DNA of 64,000 nucleotides, taken from NCBI GenBank assembly GCA_951406725.2, contig OX597831.1:39866001-39930000 (forward strand), written 5' to 3'. Of this stretch, positions 12,766 to 27,175 are shown piece by piece. Every line of letters starts with the position of its first letter. Positions within the stretch are counted from its first letter, which is position 1. The translations under genes and the position numbers were made by a program. The notes below the pieces were generated by a model. That model ran no database searches, had not been told where the DNA came from, and saw only the letters and a program-made list of their open reading frames with translations. Origin of the DNA: Octopus vulgaris. Taxonomy: Eukaryota.

Positions 12766-14054
12766 GGTGGGGATGATGATGATGGAGGTGATGGTGATAC
12801 TGGAAATGATGGTGGTGGTGATCCCAATGGTTGTGACTGGAAATTCCCAACATCTTCCCATAAGAGGATGAAGGTTGAAGCTTGCCATTCTTAACTGACA
12901 GTCTTCCATGAACTCCCTGCTGGTGACAGAGGGGACAGTTGAAAGTGAGGGTGGGGAGGTCAAAGAGTAAGGAATTGGACAGGGATGGAAACTATGGTTG
13001 GGGTGATGGGCATCTTTGCTGATGACAATAGAAAGAATAATAGCAAAAATGATGATGATGATGGTAGTCATGGTGATGACAGGACTTTTGTGACCATCCT
13101 TCCTTTTTTTCCATTTCCCACCTTTCTTCTCTTTGACTCATTTTTTTTTTGTTTTTGTTTTTGTTTTGATTTAAATATGAGTGTGTATATGTCTGCAAAT
13201 GATCAAGTAGGTATATACATATTTATATACATATATTCATGATATTTGTGTGTGTGTGTATGTATATATGTGTGTGTGTATGTCTATGTATGTGTTTATA
13301 TATATGTATGTGTGTGTGCATATATATGTGTATACATATATATGTGTATGTGTATACATATGTGTGTGTGTATATATATGTATATGTGTGTATGTATATG
13401 TGTGTGTGTATATATATATATATGGATGTGTGTGTATACATGTTTATATATGTGTATCTATCTATCTATCCATCCATCCACACACACACACACACACATA
13501 TAGAGTTCACCATATAGATAAGAAGTATAAGATGTTGTTGCCTAGTTGAGAAAAACTCTTGGAGACTGTCCATTGTTTGAGTTGACCTAATGACCTGGCT
13601 ACCCTTTCCTCTCCCTCTCCTATATATTTTTTTTTTTGCTCTTTTCACTTTCTCTTTTAATTGTGTGTGTATGTGTGTGTGTGTGTGTGTTTAGTTTTCT
13701 GTTATATATGAGAAGGAAGTAAAAAAAAAAAATATAGATTGAAAGTTAAGGTCAGATCTCTGAGAATAGTATTGATGTGATGTGCTCACATCAGACCTTG
13801 GGGTAAGAAAGAGGAAAATATGAAGAATAACTTATGTTGTTGTTTTTTTCATTTTTCTAAATGACAAATGAAGTGTGTGTGTGTGTGTGTGGGGGAGTTG
13901 TATGTAGGTGGTAAGAGAGATGTTAGCTACATAGGTGGTTTTGGGGGAAAATCTTATCAGTCTTGTATTTTTCACATTATGCACCATACACATGCACACA
14001 TCCCTCTATAGACAGATGTATACTTTTATGTATGTATATGTGTATATCTATGAA

Positions 14055-14098
<44 letters not shown>

Positions 14099-14581
14099 TG
14101 TGTGTGCATGTATATAGGCATGTTTGTGTATGTATGCATATATATATATATATATATATATACATATTAATATATGTGCATATATATATATATATATATA
14201 CATATTAATATATGTGCATATATATATATACACACACACATACACACTATATGTGCATATATATATATATATATATACACACACATACACACTATATGTA
14301 CCTATATATAGATAGATAGATACACACATATACACACGGTGACACACATGTACATCATTATACTGATAGATGTGGGGCGCACTAATAGTTGGCGCAATCA
14401 TTCACACACACACACACACATATATATATACACACACTCACACACATATATACTTTTATGTATTTGTTTACGTATATAAATATATATGCGTATACACATC
14501 AATATATGTATATGTACATCTATAAGCACACACATACGCACAGCAATGTATTGATAAATAGATCTACACAAATAGGTAGCA

Positions 14582-14617
<36 letters not shown>

Positions 14618-14889
14618 CACTAAGGTTGTGAAGGGCATATATTTATTTCTGTATTGTCTTTAAAAATAAGAGTTGGAAGAACAATTACTTTTGCACTTTT
14701 GTAGGTACTTAAAGTAGTCTAAAATAATATCTTTAGTATCGACTGTCTTGAAAAGCAATAACAAAAGCGAGACATCGGTTGTTGCTGTTGTTTTTTTTTT
14801 GTTTTTTTTAATTGTGATATTTCTATGTCTGCACCAGGAAAAAAAAATATTGAAAAAGATGTAATTCAAAATAGGAAATTTCATATTAC

Positions 14890-15080
14890 TTTTGAAGAAA
14901 GTCTGGACAGGTTTCTATCTGAGATACCAGATGAACCTTACATCTTGGCAGGAGACACAAAGAAGGGGTGCTCCGTCCAACTCACATCTTCCCCAAAAAC
15001 AATGCCGGAAGCAACACTGAGTAACTATAGGTGGTGCTCCAGCTTGACCTCAGCTCTGGGCTGAAACCGGTAAAAGAAAG
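14890..15080 (+). mobile_element. CR1/L2-like LINE 3' end
   Basis: FEESLDRFLSEIPDEP motif followed by the tail ggtggtgctccagc...ggctgaaac...aaaaga. Confidence 0.7.
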
Positions 15081-15290
15081 AAAAAAAAAACGATAAAAGT
15101 AAAATACAATGACCGTGAGCAGTGATGTGACCACCACTACTGACTTGACAATAGGAGAGTGTTATGATTCAGGGTTGGAACAGCGAAGGATCATTGGATA
15201 GCGTGTGCAGACACCAATTCCTCTGGGTCTAGGTTACATTTTCTAAAGGTGAATGAAGGGAAAACATATTCTTTTAGATGTATCTTTATT

Positions 15291-15495
15291 TTATCTTGTA
15301 CTGCTTTCAGTCATTAGACTGTGGCCATGCTGCAGCACCTTCTTGAAGAATTTTATTTTGAATAAATGAACCCTAGTACTTATTCTATTGGTCTCTTTTG
15401 CCACACCGGTAAGTTACGGGGACGTAAACACACCACCATCGGTTGTCAAGCGATGTGGGGGGGGGGCAGATACACAAACATATACACACCCATAT

Positions 15496-15527
<32 letters not shown>

Positions 15528-15690
15528 GACAGGCTTCTTTCAGTTTCCGTCTACCAAATCCACTCACAAGGCTTTGGTCAGCCCGAGGCTATAGTAGAAG
15601 ACACTTGCCCAAGGTGCCACGCAGTGGGAATGAACCTGGAACCATGTGGTTGGTAAGCAGGCTACTTACCACACAGCCACACCTGTGCCT
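15291..15690 (-). mobile_element. SINE family A
   Basis: Head, core and tail are homologous to the other A copies. Confidence 0.85.
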
Positions 15691-15914
15691 ATAAACTTCT
15701 TAGCTTTTGCTTTTTTTCTTGCTTTAGTCATTGGACTGCAGCCAAACTGGGGCACTCCCTGGAAGGGTTTTAGTCAAAGTAATCATCCACTGTACTTGTG
15801 TTATTAGTGTTTATTGTGCTGGACCACTTAGTTATGGGTATGGGGACATAGCCAAACCAACACTGGTTGTCAAGTGGTAGTGAAGAGGCAAACACACATA
15901 TACATCTATAAAGC

Positions 15915-16420
15915 CTTCATTAGCAACACCAAAATATAGTAAATGTGTCATTTTGAGAAGATTATTATGATAGCTTCAACAGAAAACCACGAAATACAGA
16001 AACAATGTCATTTAGAAAGACTCGGTAATAACATTTTCATAAGAAAAAAGAAAATGTAGAAAAGATGTAACTAGAAAAGAAAAGAAAATATGAAAGAGGA
16101 GAAAAACATATAAACCATGAAAGAGAAATATGTAATTTTGAAAAAGATGCAGCCATAATATATTCAACAGAAAGCAGCAAAATATAGAAAAGATGTTATT
16201 TTTTTTTAAAAAAAGGGAAAATTATGATAGTTTAAGCAGCAAGCAACAAAATGTGTAAAAGATGCAATTTTAAAAAGATACATCTGTGATAAAGAAAAAA
16301 GTGTAATTTTAAAAAGATACAGCAATAATACATTCGACAGAAAGAGCCAATTACAGAACAGCTGGCATTTTTAAAAACACATATCTTTTAATGACTTCAT
16401 CAGACGCAACAAAATACAGT
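15915..16420. repeat. Degenerate ~60-bp tandem array
   Basis: The motif ttcaacagaaa..caaaata(t/c)agaaaagatgt(a/c)atttt(a/g)aaaaga recurs about 8 times. Confidence 0.6.
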
Positions 16421-16560
16421 GTAACCATGCGTGTTGGTTTCAATCCCACTATTCGAATCCTTTAACAAAGGTTGTCTTCTATTATGGCCAGCTCTTGCCA
16501 AACTGTCCAACTCCTGCCAACATGGAAAGTGGTGGATGTTAAATGATGATTATATATATA

Positions 16561-16961
16561 TCTTCTTTATATATAAAAGTGAAGTTGTGTGTCTGTCTCC
16601 TACGATTTAGATTCCTAACTACTCCCACATTTTGCGGTGCAGTTTAACCAAAACCGGGTATCTTATAGTCGTGATTCATATCAAGCCCTTCTGGGTATTA
16701 GCGCGCGTCTACGATGAGTCTACAATTTAAAAAAAAATTTACCATCATTCTTTTCCATTTTAATGCATTTTTTCGCTATTATATAAGGGTAGTAACTCTC
16801 TAAAAATGTCTACGATGAGTCAACGATTTAAAAAAAAAATTTACCATCCATTTTTCCCCATTTTTAATGCATTTTTTTGCTATTTTTTGGCTATAACTCT
16901 CTAAAAATGCTTATATAGTTATTTCCCTTACAAACCCTGGCAACGCCGGCCGATACTGCTA

Positions 16962-16962
<1 letters not shown>
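16561..16962 (+). mobile_element. Non-autonomous Helitron, same family, inserted in (TA)n
   Basis: First ~200 bp nearly identical to the 7588 copy. TC...CTAG ends and an internal duplication of the tctacgatgagtc...ttttaatgcattttt block. Confidence 0.9.
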
Positions 16963-17000
<38 letters not shown>

Positions 17001-17712
17001 TAGATATATGTATTTAAATAATGAGGGTGATAAATTGAATATTAATTTAATTAACATCAATTTAAAACCAGTAGCCTAGCATATAGAAAAATCTGAATTT
17101 CTCTAGAGAACATTCTTTTCTTTGTGGTTAGATCACAGGTGATCTTCTTTTAGCATATTGGATGTACACTTAGTGGTCATCCCTTCTTATACGAATATAT
17201 ATATATATACATATATATATAGGTGCATAGCCCTGTTTACATAGTTGCTATATATGTTACATACATCATATACCTTTATACTGTGTGAACTAAGATCGTT
17301 GACAGGTCCCTGATATTTAAAAATGGTGTTGAACCTACAGTATGCAAATTTATAGCCCCAGTTTTCTGTAGCTACTGTAATTGTTGAGTATATAAATGCA
17401 TTGGCATTAGGAAGGGCATCCAGCTGTAGAAACATTGCCAGATCAGATTGGAGCCTGGTGTGGCCTCCTGGGTTGCCAGTCCCACGTCAAACTGTCTAAC
17501 CCATGCCAGCATGGAAAACGAACGTTAAACAATGATAATGATGACGATGATGATGGTTCCTTGTTTCTCAGGGGTTGGTCAAATTGATGTAGAAGCTTCT
17601 GATGAGAATTCAATTAGATTAAAAAATGAAGGTTGTTCGTTAGTTCTTTTCAATCTTCAGAGAAACAGCTAAATTAGCCCTATTTATATAGGTACTGTAT
17701 AGGTTTCATCTA

Positions 17713-17896
17713 CAGTAGTCCCTTGACTGTCAATGGGTGTTATGTTCCAAAATGCCCTGCAATGTCTTTTAAAATTATTTTTATAATTTGTATATATTTA
17801 TTTTATTATAAATGCACAACAACACCACAGAGGAATCAATGGAAGCTGAAACAATAAACCACAATAGGCGAACCACGATACGGCAAGGGATTACTG
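17713..17896. mobile_element. Tc1/mariner (Tigger/pogo-like) MITE
   Basis: TIR cagtagtccct/agggattactg matches 10/11. Left flank is TA and right flank is CA. Confidence 0.75.
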
Positions 17897-18054
17897 CATA
17901 TGTATATGTGTGTATATATGTCTTAGCTCTTCTACTGCTTCAAAACTAATGTTAGTTTGTTGATGTGCCCTGTGACTTAGCGGTTCGGCAAAAGAAACTG
18001 ATAGACTAAGTACCAGGCTTGGTGAATAAGTACTGGGGTCTATGTGTTTTATGT

Positions 18055-18183
18055 TTGTACTTAAGCCTTCAAGTCGGTGCCCCTGTATGGTCATGATTTA
18101 TAGACTTGAAACACACAAAACTTGTACTTAAGCCTTTGGTGCCCCTGTATGGTCATGATTTATAGACTTGAAACGCGCAAAAC
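18055..18183. repeat. Tandem duplication of a ~65-bp SINE A tail segment
   Basis: ttgtacttaagcctt...ggtgcccctgtatggtcatgatttatagacttgaaac occurs twice. Confidence 0.9.
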
Positions 18184-19077
18184 ATAACATATAAGGGACA
18201 CCGTCACCAGAAACAACGAAATGCAGGGAAGATGTCATTTTTGAAAAAAAGAAATATTTCTGTCTTATATTATAAGTTATAATTTTTTTTATTTATTTCT
18301 CTTTTGTATTTTTCTGGAAAGAAGAAAACACAAAAAATAAAGAGAAATAATAAAAAAAAATGTGAAAAATTCTTCTGAATTATTTAAATTTTAAAAGTAT
18401 CCATTTTCTATTTTTTATATACTTAAAAGTTTCAGAAATTTATTTTGAATTTAGATATTCTATATAAGGTGTGAATAAATGTATTTGTGTGTGAATATGT
18501 TTTTTTTTTTTTAAGTGTATGATATTCAGTCTCATTTACTTAGGTATTGTATGTATATATTTCTATATATGAAATTGTGTATCTTTTACATAATGTATAT
18601 GTTCCTATCATTACATCAATTGTATCATGATTTGCTGTGGAAAATCTATTGGTTTATCTAAATGTGGGGCATTTATGAAAGCTATAAAAAAGCCAGCTAA
18701 ATGGAATGCTCCAGCATGGCCACGGTGTAATGTGTGATGCAAGTAAAAGATAAAAGACAAAATGCTAAAGAGGGTGAAGAATGTTCCCCTAGAATCAACG
18801 TTTACCATCTGTCCATCCATTTTCTCAACTCCCCATTCCTCGGTGAATTTGTAAGGGCAGAGTCCTCTGGCACTTCCTTCTTGGTGCCCTGTCAGAAGCA
18901 TCTCTCATTAGCCTTTTCGGTTGGATTCCCAAGCCTGAGCAACTGAGAGCACCACTTTCAAAGGTTTTAGTCAAAGAAATCAACCCCAGGACTTATTCTT
19001 TGTAAGTCCAGTACTTATTCTATTGGGCTCTTTTGCCAAACCGTTAAGTTGAGGGGACATAAACACACCAACATAGC

Positions 19078-19298
19078 CCTTTCTATTTAAACTAAACATA
19101 TCTGGCTCGAAGTTTCCACCTGTTTTATGTTCAAACTGATCAGATCCAGTCTCTCACACTTACCCTACAATGCCGTTCTTAAAATAGTGTGTGTGTCACC
19201 TTATTGAAATTTTGAAGCTACAAGGTAACGCATGATTAACTCAAAGCAATGTGAACAAACAAACAATACATTTGACTGAATAATCTGTGTGCTTGTGG
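19078..19298. mobile_element. Decayed P2 MITE, opposite orientation
   Basis: ccctttctatttaaac...accctacaatgccgttctt...gggttaa aligns to the reverse complement of 38959-39181. Confidence 0.7.
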
Positions 19299-19937
19299 GT
19301 TAAATGGATTTCAGTCACTCCCATCAATCCCAGACATAGTTTCTGTAGCTTAGGTATTTTATCAACCTCTTGTTATCCAACTGCTAAGTTACTTATTCTT
19401 AATAGAGGTAATGATTCCACACAAGATCAACCTGCTTCTTTCATTAGCCACATACACATATACACTCACAGACATGCTTATACACACGTGTTCATACATG
19501 TGCACAATATGCATGCATGTATATTCACAATGAAACATACATGTGAAAATATACATGTATGAACATAGAGCAAGCGTATATGTGTGTATACAAATGGGTA
19601 TGTGTAAAAACCATATATTCATATATGCACATCTCTAAACATACTTGTGTATACATACGTTGTAATATAAACATAACTAAACATACATGATCATATATAC
19701 ATGTGTTTATATATGTGACTAAATATACAAGCTTGTGTGTGTGTCTATATACAAACCTAGATGTACAGATAATTGTGTATACATACTCATATATCTAAGC
19801 TTGTATATATTTATACATACAAGGGTATGTATACGTAATTGAACATATATATTACCAAACGCTACCAAACGTACATGGTATATTCATATGCACCCATGTT
19901 GATACATGTAATGATATACGTATGTATGTATGCATAC

Positions 19938-19987
<50 letters not shown>

Positions 19988-20914
19988 GTATATACATACA
20001 CAACGAAAAGTACATGAAAGTGTGCACACACCACATACACTCATGCATAGACACAAACAAATGTTCATATATATATAGCCAGCATTACTTTCGTTCGTGT
20101 CTTGTTTCTATGTTTAACAAGACCTTGGGGAAATTCTGTGAAGAATGACAGCCAAAGTTTATAAATATCACTGGTCGCATTATTCCGCTCCCCTGCTTGC
20201 AGACCAAACCTGCATTGATCGTCCTCGCCTTTTGTAACGACTTGCTAATTGTTCTGTTATTGTTACTACAGTGGAATCACTGCTCTGCTATCATGGCACT
20301 AGTGAAGGTGTCAGAAACACACTTCTGCATCTCTCGTGATTGCTTCTCCCTTGCTCTCGTATTCTGCCACATTTCGCCTTTCGCTGCACGCACTCTTGAA
20401 ACACAGACGACGCATTATCTTCTGGTGCAGAAACGGCTTTTGTTCTGATTTGTAGATTCTGTTAACTTGCTCATGTGCAATAATAATAATAAAAAAAACA
20501 GACCAAACAAGATTGGAGTATAATTTCTTGGCCGGCCATAAATTTACCTGCTCTTAGTATTTTTGTTTGTTTTTTTTCTTCATATATTTATTTTCTCTTT
20601 CTTTCACTTCTTGTTTCTCTTTGTCTTTTAGCCTCTTCCCACCCCCCATCTTCTTGATTTAAAAACAGTGGCGGCAAATGTCTTCTTGCGACTATACAGG
20701 TGAAAGACATGGAGTTGAATGAATTTGCACATTTATCAATGTTTCTACAACATTGCATGCTATTGCTGCATTGTATTGTTATCATTATTATTATTATCAT
20801 CATCATTATCATCATCATCACCATTATTATTATTATTATTATTAGTTCTTTTGGCTGCATGCTAATGAAAGTATAAAAAGAAAAACTATGAATCAAATAA
20901 TAATAATAATGATA

Positions 20915-20949
<35 letters not shown>

Positions 20950-20952
<3 letters not shown>

Positions 20953-21225
20953 CCTTTCTAATAAAGTCACAAGGCCCAAAATTTTGTGGGAGGGTTTAAG
21001 TTGATTACGTCAACCCCTAGTACTCAGTTGGTATTTATTTTATTGACCCTGAAAGGATGAAAGGTAGAGTCGACCATAATGTAGCGATAGATGTAATACT
21101 GCTAGGCATTTTGTCCAGTGTGCTGACAATTCTGTCAGCTTGCCAGAATTTGAACTCAGGGCATTAAGACAGATAAATTGCCGGCAAGCATTTAGCTTGG
21201 CACGCTGGCAGTTCTGCCAGCTTGC
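20950..21225 (-). mobile_element. SINE family B, diverged, with a duplicated head
   Basis: gaaaggatgaaagg...tcgacc plus two tctg(t/c)cagctt head motifs. Confidence 0.7.
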
Positions 21226-21692
21226 TGTTTTCACAGCGAAAATTATGATTATCTGCTATAATAATACTCTTGTGTTTTTCTTCGTCGCAACATATGAATG
21301 AGAGAGGAAGGGGTGATGGCAAACTGGTAGTGGAAGCTTTTCAACTCTGTGTGAGTATATGTGTGTGTATGTAAGAGGCGGGTATGTGAATGTTTGTATG
21401 TGTGAACCAGCGTTCTTTAAGCAACAAATGATGATTGATGTCACATCTCAAAAGACAACCACTGGATAACATTGACAAGTGTATTAATTTGATTTACCAT
21501 TCATATTTATATATGAAATACTACAATTAGCCGTCATTGTTGATGGCACAGAACCAGCTAGTCAAGATCTTTCTACTCTAGACACAAAACTTGAAATTTT
21601 CTTCTGTGCGGTAGGGTAGATAGTTAATTTTGTTGGTTCCTGTTACTTTAGAGACTCTCAAAGTACAAAAGGCAATATGAAACCGGGTAGCG

Positions 21693-22073
21693 TTATCAAA
21701 GAAGCTTGAGAGGCGGTCGGATGGAACCTACACTCGCCTCCTTATGAGAGCTCAAAATCTCTCGTGGAAGCGCCACCCAACCAAAATGCAAATATATGGG
21801 AAACTATCACCTGTGTCATCTCTTGTGAAAGGTCGGAGAGTCCAGTTTGCTGGACATTGTTGTAGAGCTGAAAAAGAGGTAATTTCTACTCTCCTCCTCT
21901 GGAAGCCATCTACTCACAATGCCAGAGGGTGCACACTCTCCTACCCTGATGTAATCTCCAGGGATACAGGCATCCAGCAACAGGACCTCCGTAATACCAT
22001 GACGGACCGTGAAGTCTGGCGTAGCATGGTAAATTCCATTGTCTCGACCACGGACGAACATTGATGATGATGA
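21693..22073 (+). mobile_element. 5'-truncated RTE-clade LINE 3' end with an uninterrupted frame
   Basis: LSKKLERRSDGTYTRLLMRAQNLSWKRHPT...RRVQFAGHCCR...DREVWR, stop at 22064, followed by a (TGA)n tail. Confidence 0.85.
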
Positions 22074-22133
22074 GCATTTGAATTTGGAATATAAATAACA
22101 ATCCTTTCCAGTAAATGGCACAAGGCATGAAAT

Positions 22134-22164
<31 letters not shown>

Positions 22165-22444
22165 TTTTTTTGGAGAGGTGTGGCTGAATGTTTTGGGGCA
22201 GTCTTTCATGGAAGACTGGAAATGAAGAGCATCGCTTGTACTTTGCAACCATCACATGATGTCAAGACAAGAACACACACACACAATGGCGTCGTCCAGT
22301 TTCCGGCTACCAAATCCACTCACCAAGGTTTTTGGTCAACCAGTGGATATAGTAGCAGACACCTGCCCAAGGTGCCATGCAGTGGGATTGAACTCAACAC
22401 GATATGGTTGGGAAGCAACCTTCTCAACCACACAGCCATGTCTC

Positions 22445-22475
<31 letters not shown>

Positions 22476-22684
22476 TTCTAAATATTTCTCACCTAGTCAT
22501 TCATTAGCTGTCCTCTCTCTCTGTCTCTCACACACACACATACACTCACTCATATTCTCACTTACACATACATCACCATTTCACTTGCTCACACCTGCAT
22601 GAAGGCCCTTTTCACACTTTCATGTTCAAACATTATACATAGATGTGCCAACTCTCCTATACAAACAAGTATGCTTCCTCTCTT

Positions 22685-22717
<33 letters not shown>

Positions 22718-22931
22718 TTCAGTTTTATACAAACATACATTTTTTTAAATATGTCTCCCCCACACACTACATACACCTTACATACTGTCTTATATACACA
22801 GTTTAATATATACGTTAGTTGAAAACACATGTACACCATCATTATATACGCCAGCATATGCATACATGAATACATGCATTCATTAGCTAATGCACATCCG
22901 CAGTGCACACTCCTGTTTATAAGTGTAAACT

Positions 22932-22981
<50 letters not shown>

Positions 22982-23063
22982 ACACAGACCCATTAGTTGA
23001 ATGTATGCCTGTGTCAAGTGCACAGGCATATTCACATATACACATTCATAAAGTGATACTTGG

Positions 23064-23101
<38 letters not shown>

Positions 23102-23989
23102 ACGTGTACATACAATGATGGGCTTCTAGTTTTATCACGTGTTTACACTTACATAAACACATATGCAAACTGTCATCTATACGTCTGTTGCATACACTCG
23201 CACACACACTCACACACACACACACACACACCATTTCAAGACTCAACCCCATCCCATCCTCTCCCCACAATATTTCACACACCTGTCTGTTAGGTAAAAA
23301 TTGATCAAATATAAGTTGACATTTAAAAATTTCTCGGCGTTCGTTTATAGATTACTTCAAAGAATGAACTAAGAAGAAAGGGAGAAAATAAAATAACGTA
23401 AAGGAATGGTAAACCTTATTGAAGTGATAATTATATCTTTTTCCTAATTTTTGCTTCTCTACCCCCCACCCCGCACCCCATCCTTTCTAATTCGGTTTTG
23501 CAATTAGATGATGTAATTTTTTATGAAATTATATCACACCTTCCTGTTTTTGTTGTCGCACCCTATTCGTTTTTCACCTTTTAATCCAAGATGTCATCAG
23601 GCCTTGTATAAGAAATTTATATTTACTTCTTCGAAACCCTCTGCATTCTTCTTTATTTTGAAAATTGTTTTGTTTTTTTTGGCATGTTTTTATTCCCTGC
23701 CCCCTCACCCTTTTCTATCATTTTTGTTTTTATAGTACGACACTTCAACATAGAGATGTCGTGACAATACCTTAAGTTGAATTTTTCTTTTAAAGATCAA
23801 ACTTACGTCACACTTTCCCATGTTTTTCAGTTACCTTCCATCTTGTTCTGGTGTGAGACGTTTTGTGACACATACTTTTTGGTGCTGTCTATTTGGCACC
23901 GCTGATACAACGCTGACTTACTTGACGTCAGAAATTTTAATATTTCTTTCTTTCTCTCCTTCATCTTTCTCTCTCTATCTGTGTGTGTG

Positions 23990-24021
<32 letters not shown>

Positions 24022-25086
24022 AGGCTAATTCCCATAATGAATAGGTTTGGCATCCAAGAGTTCTGTGCCGGTGCCATGTAAAAAGCAAACATGCTGGTGC
24101 CGCGTAAAAGTGCTTGTGTGGTGCCACGTAAAAGCGTCCAGCACACACTGTAAGGTGATTGGTGTTAGAAAGAGCATTCAGGCCAGAACTTGATGTAGCT
24201 TTCCAGCTCCAGTCACACATTCAACCCATGCCAGCATGGAAAATAGATGTTAAAAGATGACGATGTATAAGGATTGGGGAAATGTTTGCGTCAATCATGT
24301 TCAGTTAATAAATTGAAATCTCTTTCATGTCTGCCTCTCTCTTTCTCTTTCATATATATATGTATATATATATATATGTTGTTGAATTTTGGGATGGTCT
24401 TATATTTATATATTTTTATATCTATGTGTGTGTGTATTTGTGCATATTTCCATTTGTGTGTGTGTGCCTTCAACACCGAAACAAAACTCATGCCAAAAAG
24501 AGGCCGAATACCCAGTTACCCAAGCAAACCCATAAGTGCCAAAACAGTTGGACCCCATTTCTCCTACTCCATTGTAGTTAAGGGCATTTGTGGGTGCCTT
24601 CTGAACTAGTTAGCTCATAAGTAAACACCCCCCCACCGAACCTTTCTCACTCTCTCATGCAGCAAGTCATAACTTCAACACCTTCGTATGCAGTGATCCA
24701 ATGCGTGAGCCTCTACATAGTCAGTATATAGGCCTGCTAGAAATAGCAGCCCAAATTGCCCAATATACACCATAGTGTCCCCTTTCATAGTTAATGTCCT
24801 CTTATGTTGCCGGGCAACATCTTCCTCATATGTCCTATTGTTGATATTGTTTTGTATGACTGGGTTCACCTTTCAGCAACTCTCCCTAGTGAGGGTATGT
24901 CAGGACAGCAGGAGCACTTGTGTGGCTATCATAACTTTGTTCCAACTGTAAAGTTCTCTTAACCTCATATATTGGGCTCAATGACATGAACTTAGCCCTG
25001 TCCCTCAAAATTCCAGCTGTGACCATCTCGCCTGCTTCACTTGTTTATTCTTCTTTTTACCTTTTTCTAACCATAGTGTATTTTCT

Positions 25087-25700
25087 AATGATCTCTTTTT
25101 ATTATTGATCCCTCCTTTTATTATTATTGATCCCTCCTTTTTATTATTGATCCCTCCCTTTTATTATTGATCCTTCCTTTTATTATTATTGATCCCTCCT
25201 TTTTATTATTGATCCCTCCCTTTTATTATTGATCCCTCCTTTTATTATTATTGATCCCTCCTTTTATTATTATTGATCCCTCCTTTTTATTATTGATCCC
25301 CCCCTTTTATTATTGATCCCTCCTTTTCTTATTGATCTCCCTTTTCCATTGATCCCTCCTTTTTTTATTGTTGATCCCTCATTTTTATATTATTGATCCC
25401 TCCTTTTTATTATTGATTCCTCCCTTTATTATTGATCCCTCCTTTTTATCATTGATTCCTCCCTTTATTATTGATCCCTCCTTTTTATTATTATTGGCCC
25501 CTCCTTTTTTATATTATTGATCCTGCCTTTTTATTATCGATCCCGCTTTTTTATTATTGATCCCGCTTTTTTTATTATTGATCCCTCCTTTTTTTATTAT
25601 CGATCCCTCTGTTTTTTATTATTGATCCCGTCTTTTTATTATCGATCCCTTCTTTTTTATAATCGATCCCCCTCTTAATTATTGATCCGTCCTCTTCTAT
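25087..25700. repeat. Minisatellite, ~20-24-bp unit (att)attgatccctcctttt, over 25 copies
   Basis: Directly visible tandem array. Confidence 0.95.
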
Positions 25701-26189
25701 TTTTTTGTTTTTGTTATTATTATTGAAAGACAGCAGAGTGTGATTTCAGCATTTCAGAGAGAATTAGTGGCATTACCATGCAGAGGCTTCTTTCTTCTCT
25801 CCACTGGTTAGAATTCGGTAACAACGATGATGCTTTCTGGCTGGTTGGTTGGTTGGTAGTGATGGTAGTAGGTGATGACGTTGATGATGACAATCACAGT
25901 GATGATGATAGCTGTTGCTGTGATATGTGATGTCTACAACATGACAGCACAGTGATCACCTGTCTGTCTCATAATACCTTGAACAATTTTGTCAACGATA
26001 TCTTAGCACACTGACTTGCATACATACATACAGACATATAGATATTTACACACACACACACACACACATATATATGTGTGTGTTTATATATATGTGTGTG
26101 TATATATATGTATGTGTGTGTATATATATGTATATATATATATACATATGTATATATATATCTATATGTATATATATACATATGTATAT

Positions 26190-26400
26190 ATATACATATG
26201 TATATATGTATACATATGTATATATATACATATGTATATATGTATACATATGTATATATGTATACATATGTATATATGTATACATATGTATATATGTATA
26301 CATATGTATATATGTATACATATGTATATATGTATACATATGTATATATGTATACATATGTATATATGTATACATATGTATATATGTATACATATGTATA
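26190..26400. repeat. 18-bp minisatellite tatacatatgtatatatg
   Basis: Directly visible. The unit contains a 14-bp palindrome. Confidence 0.9.
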
Positions 26401-26523
26401 TATATATATATATGTGTGTATATATATACATATGTATACATACATATATGTGTGTGTATATATATATATATACATATGTATACATATATATGTGTGTGTA
26501 TATATATATATATATGTATACAC

Positions 26524-26566
<43 letters not shown>

Positions 26567-26666
26567 TTGATTTTTCATTTATGTGTGTATGTGTGATTTA
26601 CATTTTCCTTGTTCCATTAGGATATTTTGGTTTCACTTTTGTTTCCATCCATCTATCTATCTATCT

Positions 26667-26698
<32 letters not shown>

Positions 26699-27050
26699 GT
26701 GTGTTTGTTTATTTATGCCAAATGTCTGAGAATTCTTTCAAATGCTAAATGAATTTGCAGACTGTTGTCAAAGGCTGTGGATTTAACAGCGGCTCCGGCA
26801 ACAATTGTGGTGACATGATGTTGACAGCGCGGACAACTGTGATGTGATAATAGCATAAACACTGCTTTATATGATACTTATATTTGTGAATATGTGTGTA
26901 TGTGTATATATATACACACACATATGCTCAGCACACACCTACACAGAACAACTAATGTTCAACATATTAATTGAATAACTGATCATGTGTTTGCTAGTAG
27001 TAAACATTGGTAGTATGGACACACATACACACACATATAATGTACATATA

Positions 27051-27092
<42 letters not shown>

Positions 27093-27120
27093 ATGTGTGC
27101 ATGTGTATATAATGTACATA

Positions 27121-27175
<55 letters not shown>

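Noticed and set aside
12454-13071. His/Thr/Ile-rich ORFs
   Set aside because: Degenerate (GAT)/(GGT) trinucleotide tract with no splice or domain evidence.
17598-17680. CTGATGA...GAAACAGCT hammerhead-like pieces (also CTGATGA at 41286 and CTGACGA at 39221)
   Set aside because: I could not build stems I-III, so at most these are heavily decayed remnants.
25087-25700. Possible CRISPR array
   Set aside because: No unique spacers, eukaryotic context and no cas genes. The same applies to 11082-11203 and 15915-16420.
25969-26748. Multiple 140-220-aa ORFs in all frames
   Set aside because: Microsatellite and minisatellite artefacts.
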